Source: Octopus bimaculoides
Lineage: Eukaryota
Assembly: GCF_001194135.2 (NCBI RefSeq)
Contig: NC_068986.1
Coordinates: forward strand, 22,348,910 to 22,410,394
Reading direction: 5' to 3'
DNA length: 61,485 bases
In this document: positions 1 to 12,470 of the stretch, piece by piece
Layout of the letters: each line of letters starts with the position of its first letter
How positions within the stretch are numbered: the stretch's first letter is position 1
Notes under the pieces: generated by a model
Seen by the model: the letters and a program-made list of their open reading frames with translations, nothing else
Told to the model about the DNA's origin: nothing
Database searches by the model: none
Position numbers and translations under genes: made by a program

Positions 1-114
1 ATATATATATATATATAATAATAATATTAGGGACAAAATCCAAAATTACAGGTAAAAAACTCAATTAAAATCAATTTATAAAAAATTAAAATTAAATTGA
101 GCCTTATAGATAAA

Positions 115-160
<46 letters not shown>

Positions 161-898
161 GTGGTAAGAAAAATGTTTGATGTTATTTATTTTTCCAACC
201 TTCTGTTTTGATATATAATTACTCTGCAAGCAATATTTCCAGAATTTTCAACTCTAATGCATACATCACATAAATATAAAAACCACATACAAAATTGGAA
301 TACTGGAATAAGCAGATCTGCTTCAAGAGGACACAGCTTGAATTTTAACCCTACCTGCATAATATAGATATGTATATATATGTATATATATATATAAACA
401 CAGAACAAAAAAATTGGAGATAATAAAATCAAAATTATTTATCTAATGGAAAAAAAAGAATAACAACAATATAGACATGTTATAGATAGATTTTTCATCA
501 CTAGGTTAATAAAATCAATTCCTATTTCAGTTTGAACTGTGGCTATTAGCTTATCTCTATCGTCTATAATATAGATTTTATATCAACAATGACTATTGGT
601 TTATTGCTATCATATATATCAACAGTGGCTATGGGTATCCACAGATATGTATACAGACATACATAGGTACACATATGCAATATGGTATACACGTCTGTAT
701 GTAAATGAAAATAACAAATATATGTGTGTGCGTGTGCGAGTGTGTGTGAGTGTGTGTGTGCATGCGTGTAGCTTTATGTGTGCAAGTGTATACAATGAAA
801 GAGAATTTCAAGTGGAGAATGGGTGTGATGGAGAGAGTCAGATAAACTGATCAACAGATAACTTTGCATATAGATAAAGAGAGACAGATAGATAAGTA

Positions 899-968
899 GC
901 AAGAGAGAGAGAGAGAGAGAAAAGAGAGAAAGAGAGAGAGAGAGAGAGAGGGAGAATGGGAGAGAGAG
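899..968. repeat. (AG)n microsatellite region
   Basis: Direct reading. Confidence 0.95.
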
Positions 969-1528
969 ATGATCAACAAATAGATGGGTAAATAAACAGA
1001 TTGATGAAAGGAAAAATTAATACATACATATATATGCATATATAAATATATATATATATATATATTTATACACATAAACAAACAAACAAGCATGCACACA
1101 CACGCATGCACTCACACACACAAACACAAAACCACACCATGTTTACAGGATATGTTGGTTCAAGTCCCATAGGCAGCTTTTAATATTTTTCTATCCAAAG
1201 GCATTTTCTTAACCCACCATTATTTATAGCTTTATATGCATTGAGACCCACCGTTCCAAAAAAGAATTATTTCATGTTTTCACAGAGTTTATGAATTCTT
1301 GTGATGTCGCCAAAGCATGAACCTGGAAAATAATACATGATTTTTTATCAATATATACATACATATATATAAATATCCAAACCAAAAAGGAGGAACAGGT
1401 GACATGCATGCTACATATGTTTCTTAGCTAGTTGAACCTCACGATGTTATAGTTATGCAATGAGTGATACTCAATGAAGCAATCATCAGGCTGATATATA
1501 TATACACACAGACATATATATATATATA

Positions 1529-2500
1529 TCATCATCATCATCATCATCATCGTTTAACGTCCGCTTTCCATGCTAGCATGGGTTGGACGATTTGACTGAG
1601 GACTGGTGAAACCGGATGGCAACACCAGGCTCCAGTCTAATTTGGCAGAGTTTCTACAGCTAGATGCCCTTCCTAACGCCAACCACTCAGAGAGTGTAGT
1701 GGGTGCTTTTACGTGTCACNNNNNNNNNNNNNNNNNNNNNNNNNNNNNNNNNNNNNNNNNNNNNNNNNNNNNNNNNNNNNNNNNNNNNNNNNNNNNNNNN
1801 NNNNNNNNNNNNNNNNNNNNNNNNNNNNNNNNNNNNNNNNNNNNNNNNNNNNNNNNNNNNNNNNNNNNNNNNNNNNNNNNNNNNNNNNNNNNNNNNNNNN
1901 NNNNNNNNNNNNNNNNNNNNNNNNNNNNNNNNNNNNNNNNNNNNNNNNNNNNNNNNNNNNNNNNNNNNNNNNNNNNNNNNNNNNNNNNNNNNNNNNNNNN
2001 NNNNNNNNNNNNNNNNNNNNNNNNNNNNNNNNNNNNNNNNNNNNNNNNNNNNNNNNNNNNNNNNNNNNNNNNNNNNNNNNNNNNNNNNNNNNNNNNNNNN
2101 NNNNNNNNNNNNNNNNNNNNNNNNNNNNNNNNNNNNNNNNNNNNNNNNNNNNNNNNNNNNNNNNNNNNNNNNNNNNNNNNNNNNNNNNNNNNNNNNNNNN
2201 NNNNNNNNNNNNNNNNNNNNNNNNNNNNNNNNNNNNNNNNNNNNNNNNNNNNNNNNNNNNNNNNNNNNNNNNNNNNTATCGACTACCTCTAGTTTTTCAC
2301 CCTGGAATGAGATAGAAGTTGTTTCCTGTTTGTTTACAGTTTTTATTGCACCTGAACATCTGCCACAAACAAAAACTAACTTGCTAGTTAACCTGCCTTT
2401 GATGTTGCCGCACCTCTTATGTGTCCATAGCTTGCACCGGGTACATCTTATAGAGTTACTACCTACTCCTTTTCTACATACTGAGCAGGGCCATCTACCT
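1529..2500 (-). mobile_element. 5'-truncated RTE-clade LINE spanning a gap (ORF2 C-terminal part plus 3' tail)
   Basis: 2277-2500 encodes WPCSVCRKGVGSNSIRCTRCKLWTHKRC...FVCGRC...FQGEKLEVVD. 1529-1719 is the family 3' UTR ending in an (ATG)n tail. Gap 1720-2276 is in between. Confidence 0.8.
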
Positions 2501-2510
2501 GATATATATG

Positions 2511-3525
2511 CATCATCATCACAGTCCATTTTTCATGCTAGCATGGGTTGGATGATTTGACAAGAGCTGGCCAGCTGAAGAGTGTACTGGGTGCTTTTAG
2601 GCAGATCAGCACAGGTGCATTTGCATGACACTGGTATGGGTGATTCTTTCATGTCACCAGCTCCCACAAGCCTGCAAGATTAGGAATGCTCAGCAGGAGA
2701 GGAATGCAGGAGACAACCCTGTATACAAGGACAACCACACTTTTACTTAGCTTGATGTGTCTTCTCAAGCACAGCAAACCACCAGGAGTCTTGGTCCCCT
2801 GTCATCCCCTCTGTGGGACCCAATGTCTGAAGATCCTTTCTCACCACTTTGTTCCATGTTTTCCTGGGTCTACCCCTTCCATATGTTCCCTCCACACTTA
2901 GAAATTAACACCACTTGATGCAACTGTCTTCATTCATATGCATTACATGGCCATACCAGTGCAGTCTTCTCTCTTGCACACTACATCTGATGTATCATAT
3001 ACCCAGTTTTTCTCTCAAGTCACTTGCACTCTGTTGTATATGCACACTGACATTACCCATCCAGTGGAGAATACTGGCTTCATTTCTTTCAAGCTTTCAC
3101 ATATCCTCAGTAATCACAGCCCATGACTCACTACCATGTAACAAAACTCTTTGTTCACAGGTATCATACAATCTGCCTTTCACTCCAAGGGAGAGGTCCT
3201 TTGTTACCAACAGAGGTTGCAGCTCTTTGAACTTTGCCCAGCCTACTTTTATTCTAGCATCTATGCTTTTGAAACAACCTCTTCCACTCTTTACTTGGTC
3301 ACCTAAGTAATAGAAACTGTCCACTGGAATTTGAAGGAATATATGTTTTGTTCATTCTTGGTATTTAATTTACCTGCATATCTGCCACATGTAAAGAGTG
3401 TTTTCTCTCTTAGTCTTCCAGCGATACTGTTGCACCTTTTATGTGTCCATAGCATAGCTTGCACTGGGTACACCATATGGAGTTTCTCCTGATACATTTT
3501 CTACATATTGAGCAGGGTTATCTCC
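2511..3525 (-). mobile_element. Older degenerate copy of the same RTE-clade LINE
   Basis: Frameshifted LWTHKRC...DSFYYLGDQVKSGRGC...ARIKVGWAKFKELQPLL...KGRLYD...LLHGSESW, followed by 3' UTR and (ATG)n tail at about 2511-2520. Confidence 0.85.
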
Positions 3526-3668
3526 CTGAAGGGGTCTGTGATTTGTTGGTTTTCCTACTAATCAAGACTGGTCTTTGTTAAATTAACTTTAAAGATTGGT
3601 AACTAATCAGTATTCACATTGGATTTATTATCCCTAATAATGTTTATTTCCTTTACTTGATTATATAT

Positions 3669-3950
3669 ATCATCATCATCGTTTAACGTCCGCTTTCCAT
3701 GCTAGCATGGGTTGGACAATTTGACTGAGGACTGGTGAAACCGGATGGCAACACTAGGCTCCAATCTGATTTGGCAGAGTTTCTACAGCTGGATGCCCTT
3801 CCTAACGCCAACCACTCAGAGAGTGTAGTGGGTGCTTTTACGTGTCACCCGCACGAAGGCCAGTCAGGCGGTACTGGCAACGGCCACGCTCAAAATGGTG
3901 TATTTTATGTGCCACCCACACAAGAGCCAGTCCAGGGGCACTGGCAACAA
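3669..3950 (-). mobile_element. RTE LINE 3'-tail copy
   Basis: Near-identical to 1529-1719 (TTTAACGTCCGCTTTCCATGCTAGCATGGGTTGGAC...GATGCCCTTCCTAACGCCAACC). Confidence 0.85.
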
Positions 3951-4331
3951 TCTACATATATATATATATATATAATGATTGGATTCTTTCAGATTCTGTC
4001 TGCCAAATCCAGTCACAAGGCTTTGGTCAGCCTGAGGTGATGATAGAGGACACTCGCCTAAAGTGTCTTTCAGTGGGACTGAACCAGAACCCATGTCATT
4101 GGGAAGCAAACGTCTCAACCACACACACACACACACACACAGGCTGTTGTGTGTTGATGAGCAGCTTCATGTCACTCAGTCGTCTGGCTGGTCAATGGGT
4201 GTTGTTTATGTCTGTGCATAAATAAGTAGTACAGGCCCAGATTTGAGAGTAGTTCTCTATTGCAGATCTCACAGACAAATAACAGACAGGCACATAAATC
4301 AAGACTATATCATACTTACATATCTCTCTCA

Positions 4332-4362
<31 letters not shown>

Positions 4363-5489
4363 TAAACGTGTGTATAATCATCATCATCATTGTTTAACGT
4401 CCGCTTTCCACGCTAGCATGGGTTGGATGATTTGACTGAGAACTGGTAATGTATGAATATGTATACATTCATCACATTACATAATCTATGAAGTAGATGT
4501 ATGCTGACACACACATATTGCAAAAGGCATGCATAGATGCAAGCACACAAATGTGTGTCTATCTGTGAGTGTGTATGCATACTGATATAAAACACACAAA
4601 TACTTACTTGCATATAATCTCTTCTCATTAATATGCACACCCATACACATATCATCATGCATATACACACATTCAAACAATTATTCATATATACATTCTT
4701 ATATATTTTATTTTGTATAATACTTACATATGCACACACACACTGTTATGTTGATGCATGCACAGACAGTTATGTACATATGTATACACATAAACACTAA
4801 CATATATGCCTATATGCATACCCTCATGTACATACAAACACACACATAGATGCATGTGTGTACACACATACGCAAACATGTACACACACAAATACATACA
4901 TATATATATATATATATATATGTATGTATATATATATATATACATATNNNNNNNNNNNNNNNNNNNNNNNNNNNNNNNNNNNNNNNNNNNNNNNNNNNNN
5001 NNNNNNNNNNNNNNNNNNNNNNNNNNNNNNNNNNNNNNNNNNNNNNNNNNNNNNNNNNNNNNNNNNNNNNNNNNNNNNNNNNNNNNNNNNNNNNNNNNNN
5101 NNNNNNNNNNNNNNNNNNNNNNNNNNNNNNNNNNNNNNNNNNNNNNNNNNNNNNNNNNNNNNNNNNNNNNNNNNNNNNNNNNNNNNNNNNNNNNNNNNNN
5201 NNNNNNNNNNNNNNNNNNNNNNNNNNNNNNNNNNNNNNNNNNNNNNNNNNNNNNNNNNNNNNNNNNNNNNNNNNNNNNNNNNNNNNNNNNNNNNNNNNNN
5301 NNNNNNNNNNNNNNNNNNNNNNNNNNNNNNNNNNNNNNNNNNNNNNNNNNNNNNNNNNNNNNNNNNNNNNNNNNNNNNNNNNNNNNNNNNNNNNNNNNNN
5401 NNNNNNNNNNNNNNNNNNNNNNNNNNNNNNNNNNNNNNNNNNNNNNNNNNNNNNNNNNNNNNNNNNNNNNNNNNNNNNNNNNNTGACTG

Positions 5490-5922
5490 TCACCCATACC
5501 AACCTCTCCTTCAGTGGACATTAAACTGGGGCAAGTGAAATCAAAATCGTGATTGAACCAAATTCGATGACTGGCACCTGTGCCAGTGGAGTGCTAAGAG
5601 CACCATCTGAGCGTGATCATTGCCAGAGCAGCTGTCTGGGTTCCGTGCCAGTGGCACGTAAATAGCACCATTTGAGCGTGATCATTACCAGCGCCGCCTT
5701 ACTGGCACTTGTGCTGGTGGCACGTGAAAAAAACATTTGAGCGAGGTCGTTGTCAGTGCTGCTGCACTCTCAGAGTTGTTGGCGTTAGGAAGGACATCCA
5801 GCTGTAGAAACTCTGCCAGAATAGATTGGAACCTGGTGCAGCCTTCTGGTTCGCCAGTCCTCAGTCAAATTGTCCAACCCATGCTAGCATGGAAGGTGGA
5901 CGCTAAACGATAATGATGATGA
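5490..5922 (+). mobile_element. RTE LINE 3'-tail copy with tandem internal subrepeats
   Basis: Repeated GTGCCAGTGGCACGTAAA..AGCACC units, then GTTGGCGTTAGGAAG...CATGCTAGCATGGAA...(GAT)n. Confidence 0.85.
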
Positions 5923-8261
5923 TATATATATGCATGTATATATTCATGTGTGTGTGTCTTCGTGTCTGTGTTTGTCCCTCTGTCACTACTTAACAACCGG
6001 TGTTGGTGTGTTTTTGTCCCCTTAGCAGAAGAGACAGAGTAAGCACTAAACTTCAGAAATAAGTCCTGGGGTTTATTTGTTCAGCTAAAACCCTTCTACT
6101 GAAACTCTATTAAAATAAGTAAAAGAATAAAAGAGTACATATATACATTGAGATAGATAGATAGATAAATAGAGAGAGAGAGAGAGAGATTCATATACAG
6201 AATTCAGAAATAAATACATGTAGCAGTCATCATTATTATTGTTGCCATAACCTGTCACTACGTTCTGAGTTCAAACTCCGCCAAGGTCAACTTTGCCTTT
6301 CATCCTTTCAAGGTCAATGAAATAAGTACCAGTTATATACTGGGTGGATGTAATCGACTAAACCCCTCCCCTCAAATTTCAGGCCTTCTGCCTATAGTAA
6401 AAAGGATTATTGTTGCCATAATTTTATGTCCACTTTATTTGCTGGCATGGACTGAACAGGTCTTGTTTTGGGGTTACTGCTCTTTTAAGCATACTCAGGA
6501 GACCAAGCATATTTCATCCATTTTCATCTGGCATGATTTCTATAGCTGGAAGCCCTTTCTATCACCAACACTAGAGCTGTTGTTATGTCTTCGATAAGAC
6601 CCCAATGGTGTCTCCACACAACTGCCAATCATTTTACTGGTGTACTGGATGTACTTCTTCGTGGTACCCATAGAAGAGGGGATGCTGCCAAGATAAGATT
6701 AGGGTTTCTTTTTATATCACAATTGCTTTGTTCATTTGTCCATGACTTCACAAATGGAATGGATGTACTTCATTGTAACACCCACATTTGTGAGGAAGCC
6801 TGCACTGTGTCGTGTCCGTTTGTTCAGAGTGACATGACATGGGTAGAAGAGAGGGCAATTGTAGAGGATGGGGGAGGTATTTGCAGAAGTGGGGTGTGAA
6901 ATAGGAGATATACTGCATGAGAGTGTAAACAGAAAGGTAGTGGAGACTGAGGGTAAATAGCAGTTACATGTTTGTAGGTAGAAGAGGGAGTGAGTTGTGG
7001 GCAGCTGTAAGACTGGACATTGATAAGAGTGAGTGATGGGTAAATGTAGGAATGGTCAGTCATTAGAGAGTGTGTTGGATGTCAATAAAGAGAGATTTGA
7101 GGGAGAGGGAATAGAGGCCAATGATTTAAAAGTGAGTAGGGAGCAGGGATGATGGATACTCAAGATGGTAATGGATGGAGAGTGAATTATAAATGACCTG
7201 AGAGAGAGGATGTAGTGGTGGGGATGGCGATGTGCGGGGTAAGGAAGGGAGGTGGGTGGCATTTATGAGATACTGATAGATATGATGCAATTCTTCTTCA
7301 CTCAAGTATCATGATTTGGAAGGGTAGAAGAAAGAGGAGGAGCAAGATGTGGGTGGTGGTGGTGGTGCACAGATTGAATGCTTTTCTTTCAGTTTAAGAG
7401 TGGGATGGTATGGTGAGTAGAAGAGATGTTAGTGAGATATGAGGGTATAGAATAGACAGTAGGCAAGGTGGGGTGGCATAGCAGGTACAGATGGGCAGAG
7501 GCCAGACATAAGTTTGTGTGTGTGGTGTGTGTGTATGTATTGTTATCTAAATGTTTTAACAGGAATAAATATATATTCAAACACAGACAAATAAACACAG
7601 GAATGCATGCAAGCACATTGACTCAAGCACATTAACACATGCATACACACCTATACAAATAAAGACAAGCATAAAGATGAATATGCATGTAGACACACAC
7701 ACACACATGCACGCACACATGCACACACACAGACACGCGCACACACATACAGAAATGTAGATTTACAAACACTTACATAAAAAATTACATACAGTCATGT
7801 ACACACTCTGATGCAATTCCTATTTAGATTTTGTCAGGCATAAGGAGCAGAGCTCCTGACCTTTACCGGCATTCTGAGATTGGCAAGATAGGTGTGGTTT
7901 ATGTTTAGACTGGACATCTGTAAGTCTACATCTTCAGGAAAGACACAGAGCTGGGGATTGAGTTGAAGAAGGTTGATGTTTTGGAGAGGAAAGATTAAAT
8001 GTAGCAGTTAATACAGGGGCCAGGCAGGAGGTATTAGATGTGATAGGAAGAGGAGACATAGGCTTCTTTTTTGAATGGGCTTGGATGAAGATAGGTGCAG
8101 AGGCTGTTGTAGAAGTAGTACACAAATACCATCAACATCATCATCATTGTCATCATCACCATCGGAATGTAACTCCTTTCTGGAAATCCACCACCCCTGA
8201 TGAAATACCTAATTAAGCAGTTTCAATACAAAAATTTTAAGTTAATTCAATTCGAGATTGT

Positions 8262-8541
8262 TGTCAGTGCCGCTGGACTGGCTCCTGTGCAGGTGGCATG
8301 TAAAATACACAATTTCGAGCATGGCCGTTGCCAGTACCGCCTGACTGGCCTTCGTGCCAGTGGCACGTAAAAGCACCCACTACACTCTCGGAGTGGTTGG
8401 CATTAGGAAGGGCATCCAGCTGTAGAAACTCTGCCAAATCAGATTGGAGCCTGGTGTAGCCACCTGGTCCACCAGTCCTAAGTTGAATCGCCCAACCCAT
8501 GCTAGCATGGAAAGCGGACGCTAAACGATGATGATGATGAT
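8262..8541 (+). mobile_element. RTE LINE 3'-tail copy
   Basis: Same tail motif ending in (GAT)n. Confidence 0.85.
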
Positions 8542-9583
8542 GAATTTCTCTAATTGAACTAGTTGGATATGGAAAGGGCTGTAGGGATAAGAATTTCATA
8601 TTATATTGATTTGAATATCTTTGAATAAACTGATGTCTATATGTCAATTTCTCCATTTTCTTCTTTTTTTCTCATTCATAAATATCTTAAATACCAATAT
8701 ACATCAATGCAAAACTAAAGTTTCAATGAACACTGGAGAACTGGGATGCAAACATCCTAGATTATAGGTCATTGGCATGATTATATATATATATATATAG
8801 ATAGATAGATAGATATGGTGATGTAAACAGGAAAAATAGAACTCAAAATTTGAGTGTGTATATTTGTATTAATATTTAGTAGAAGCAACAGAGTGACTCA
8901 AGGTTCCAGAGTTTCGTACGTTGGAACTTATCAAACTAGTTACAGGCTGATGAATAGTGGGTTTACATGGCTGGTGAGAATTACATTTTCCTCTGGATTG
9001 GTCTAAATCGAAATTTGAAGCATAATAATATAACAATGATGTCCCCGTAACTTAGCGGTTCGGCAAAATGAGACCGATAGAATAAGTACTAGGCTTACAA
9101 AGAATAAGTCCTGGGGTCGATTTGCTCGACTAAAGGCGGTGCTCCAGCATGGCCGCAGTCAAATGACTGAAAACAAATAAAAGAGTATACATACACACAC
9201 ATATATATATATAAGCATGTATGTATTATGTATGCGTGCGCGTGACTGGCTTTCGCACAGTTTTTTGTTTATCAGATTCACTCACAAGGCATTGGTTAGT
9301 CTGGGGCTATTGTAGAAGACATTTGCCAAAGATGTCATACTGTGGGATTGAACTTACTATCTCCTGATAGTGAAGCAAACACGTCTTAACTACTCGGTCA
9401 TGCTTATATCCATGTAGATAAGCAACCAATGAGACACCACATAAACGTATAAACAAAGGCATGCGCAGAAGTACATTAACATATATGCAAATATTGATGC
9501 GTACAGGTCTATATAAAAGATAAATACAGACATAAACAGATACAACCACAATGACATATACATAAAGATAGACACACACGTAC

Positions 9584-10099
9584 ATGTGTACATACTCAAG
9601 CAAGCATAGTCATGTATGGAAATATATTCACATACACATACATATATAGATGAACAAACACAGACATAAAATTAATACATGTACAGCCACACGAACTCAG
9701 ACGCCCACATGTATAGAGATACATAGACATATGCATACATATGTACACAGATATACACACATAGATAAAACACATGCATACACATACATATAAACACAGG
9801 CACAGAACATATAGACAGTCGCACATAGACATATAANNNNNNNNNNATGTGTACATACTCAAGCAAGCATAGTCATGTATGGAAATATATTCACATACAC
9901 ATACATATATAGATGAACAAACACAGACATAAAATTAATACATGTACAGCCACACGAACTCAGACGCCCACATGTATAAAGATACATAGACATATGCATA
10001 CATATGTACACAGATATACACACATAGATAAAACACATGCATACACATACATATAAACACAGGCACAGAACATATAGACAGTCGCACATAGACATATAA
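9584..10099. other. 253-bp duplication flanking a 10-N gap (probable assembly artefact)
   Basis: 9584-9836 is repeated at 9847-10099; I saw one substitution (TATAGAG vs TATAAAG). Confidence 0.8.
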
Positions 10100-10200
10100 A
10101 CATAGATACACATAGAGATACAAGCACACAGACATTCACACATAGATAAGTATTGATAAACATATACAAACACACATAGATGGGCACATGCATATATATA

Positions 10201-10297
10201 CAGTAATTCCTCGCTATATCGCGGTTTATTATTTAAACTTACGTCGATTCCTGTTGGTGTTGTTTTGCATTTAAAATAAATATATACAAATTATAAA

Positions 10298-10343
<46 letters not shown>

Positions 10344-10421
10344 TGCTGTGTCTACTTCGCGGATTTTCACATATAGTGGCGGGTTTTGGATCGTAACACC
10401 GCGATAGTCGCGGGATTATTG
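10201..10421. mobile_element. Tigger/pogo-like (Tc1/mariner superfamily) MITE
   Basis: Imperfect TIRs CAGTAATTCCTCGCTATATCGCGG / CCGCGATAGTCGCGGGATTATTG, with TA on both sides. Confidence 0.7.
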
Positions 10422-12124
10422 TAGCTATAACATACAACCAGACCAGACTAGACAAAAACACACATTCAGATAAACATTGACACAGAGATATATATGTGAA
10501 TATAGAAATGCGCACACAGCCTTATAAAGACAAATGCATACACACAAACACACACGCAGAGTTACATGTGCAGACCAGTGATGGAGTCCATTCTGAACCA
10601 CACACCTTATGACAAAGGATGATGGATATATTATTGCGTGTCTGGAAATAGTGGAAACCAGAACTTCTTCCTTCTCTCCTGTTTGTTCACCAATTGGTCA
10701 GAAAGATGGCTACAATTAGGAGTACTAATAGTGACAGAACTGGTAGCTTGAAGATGTTATGGTGGTGGAGGTAGCAGTTGTTGTCATCCCCGGTCGAGCT
10801 CCCAGGTCAGCCTTGGTCGAGCAGACCTATCTATGAACGAAAGCACTCTAGCTGTGACCATCATATCCCTTTCCCAGTGTGCAAGGGTCATAGGAGTACG
10901 TGATCCAAAATATTCCCCCTTCACTATGTAAAACAATTGGGTTGAGGGTGATTTAGCTGCTATTTCTAGCAGGTCGCGAACCACATTGAGGCTTTCTCAG
11001 GTGATACTGGTGGGCGTTGGTGGGGGTGGTTGTTGTGGTTGTGCTGGCAGTGGTGGTGGTTAGTGATTTAGGCATAAGTAAACCCGATGATCAAAGACAT
11101 ATCAAGACTTTCATGTCGTTTTTTTTAAAATAAAGATAATAGAATGCAATTTAAGAGGTAAATTTGGCTGTTTCTTCTAGCAGGTCAAGCAGTGACTTAG
11201 AGGATCCTTCTTTGGCTCCTGCAGACGGTGGCTGTGGAAGCATTGTTACCGCCGTCACCACTACCACCACTACCACCATCGTATCCATCATCATCATGAG
11301 TAGTAGTGATTGTAGTCGTAGCGCGAAAGTCCCAACATGGTAGCAGTTATAATGGCGGGAGTGCTAACAGTGAGCAGTGGTAGAAGTGATAAGGAAATAG
11401 ACATGGTAGGAGCGGAGGGAGGAAATAGTCACGGTGGTAGTGTTGTTGTTTACAGTGGTAATTGAAGCAGCAGATGTCCTCTGCGATAGAGTTGGCGGTG
11501 CTGGTGATGATGATGGTGGTGAGGGAATAGTAATAGTGGTACTTATGATGCTAATGGTAGTAATACTGTTATTTATTAATGAGTTGTAATCAATTTCATA
11601 CAGTAAATATATGTATGTAGCTATCGAAATAATGCCTGTATATATATACACACACACACACACACGCACACACACATACATCCACACACATACACAACAA
11701 CAATACACTGAATGAGATAAATGAACCGTTATAACTGTACTGCTGCTTGCGATAATTCAAAACGAAGTAGTAAACATTGCTAGGAACAAGAACAAAAAAA
11801 AAACCTCACACACGTGGTGTAGACTTATAAGGTTATAAACACCGTGAAATGCTGTACAACAAAATACTTAGCACAACGTGCCTTTCTCCCTAGAACATTC
11901 ACCCATTGGAATGCCTTCTCTGCTAACAATTTCCCTCTTTACATAAACCTGCATTAACATATCTAAGAGGACCTGTGAAGGTTATAGATGTTGTCTTTCT
12001 CCTCAAATTAATTAAATAAAGATTTTAAAATGAATTTAAGTTCCAGAATTCAACAGGGTCATTGTTTTAACTCTCCGAGGGATCTTGTTAATTTTTTTCC
12101 CAACTATTATAAGTTATTTATTCA

Positions 12125-12470
12125 TATAGTGGCAGTGTCGTAAGTAGCTTGCTTACCAACCACATGGTTCTGGGTTCAGTCCCACTTCGTGGCACCTTAG
12201 CATCGGGCCGAACAAAGCCTTGTGAGTGGATTTGGTTGACGGAAACTGGAAGAAGCTCGTCGTATATACAGACATACATATATATACATATGCACATATA
12301 CATACATACACACACATATATGTCCTTGCACCATCGTTTGACAACCGGCAAAAGAGACCGATAGAATAAGTACTAGGCTTACAAAGAATAAGTCCTGGGG
12401 TCTATTTATTCGACTAAAGGCCGTGCTCCAGCATGGCCGCAGTCAAGATGACTGAAACAAATAAAAGAAA
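12125..12470 (+). mobile_element. tRNA-derived SINE, family B
   Basis: B-box-like GGTTCAGTCCC; body AAAGCCTTGTGAGTGGATTTGG...GGAAACTG, CA/TA-rich middle, 3' part AAGAATAAGTCCTGGGG...CTCCAGCATGGCCGCAGTC...GACTGAAAC. Partial copies at about 9040-9185, 13664-13790 and 3975-4125. Confidence 0.8.

Noticed and set aside
8190-8235. CTGATGA as a possible hammerhead (also TCATCAG at about 15211 and 35968, and CTGATGA at 60674)
   Set aside because: No properly placed stem II plus GAAA or stem I pairing.
8335-8420. HDV-like ribozyme in LINE-tail subrepeats
   Set aside because: P1/P3-like pairings can be drawn, but I found no P2' strand or catalytic-C junction.
9584-10099. 253-bp tandem duplication
   Set aside because: It flanks a 10-N gap exactly and is near-identical, so it is most likely unmerged overlapping contigs or alleles.
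12125-12200. tRNA genes at SINE heads (also 20500-20566 and 29085-29150)
   Set aside because: Only degenerate A/B boxes remain, no cloverleaf forms, and each continues into SINE body.
187-12364. Many YI/CV/HT-rich short ORFs
   Set aside because: Translations of (TA)n, (CA)n and (TG)n microsatellites and SINEs; no coding signal.
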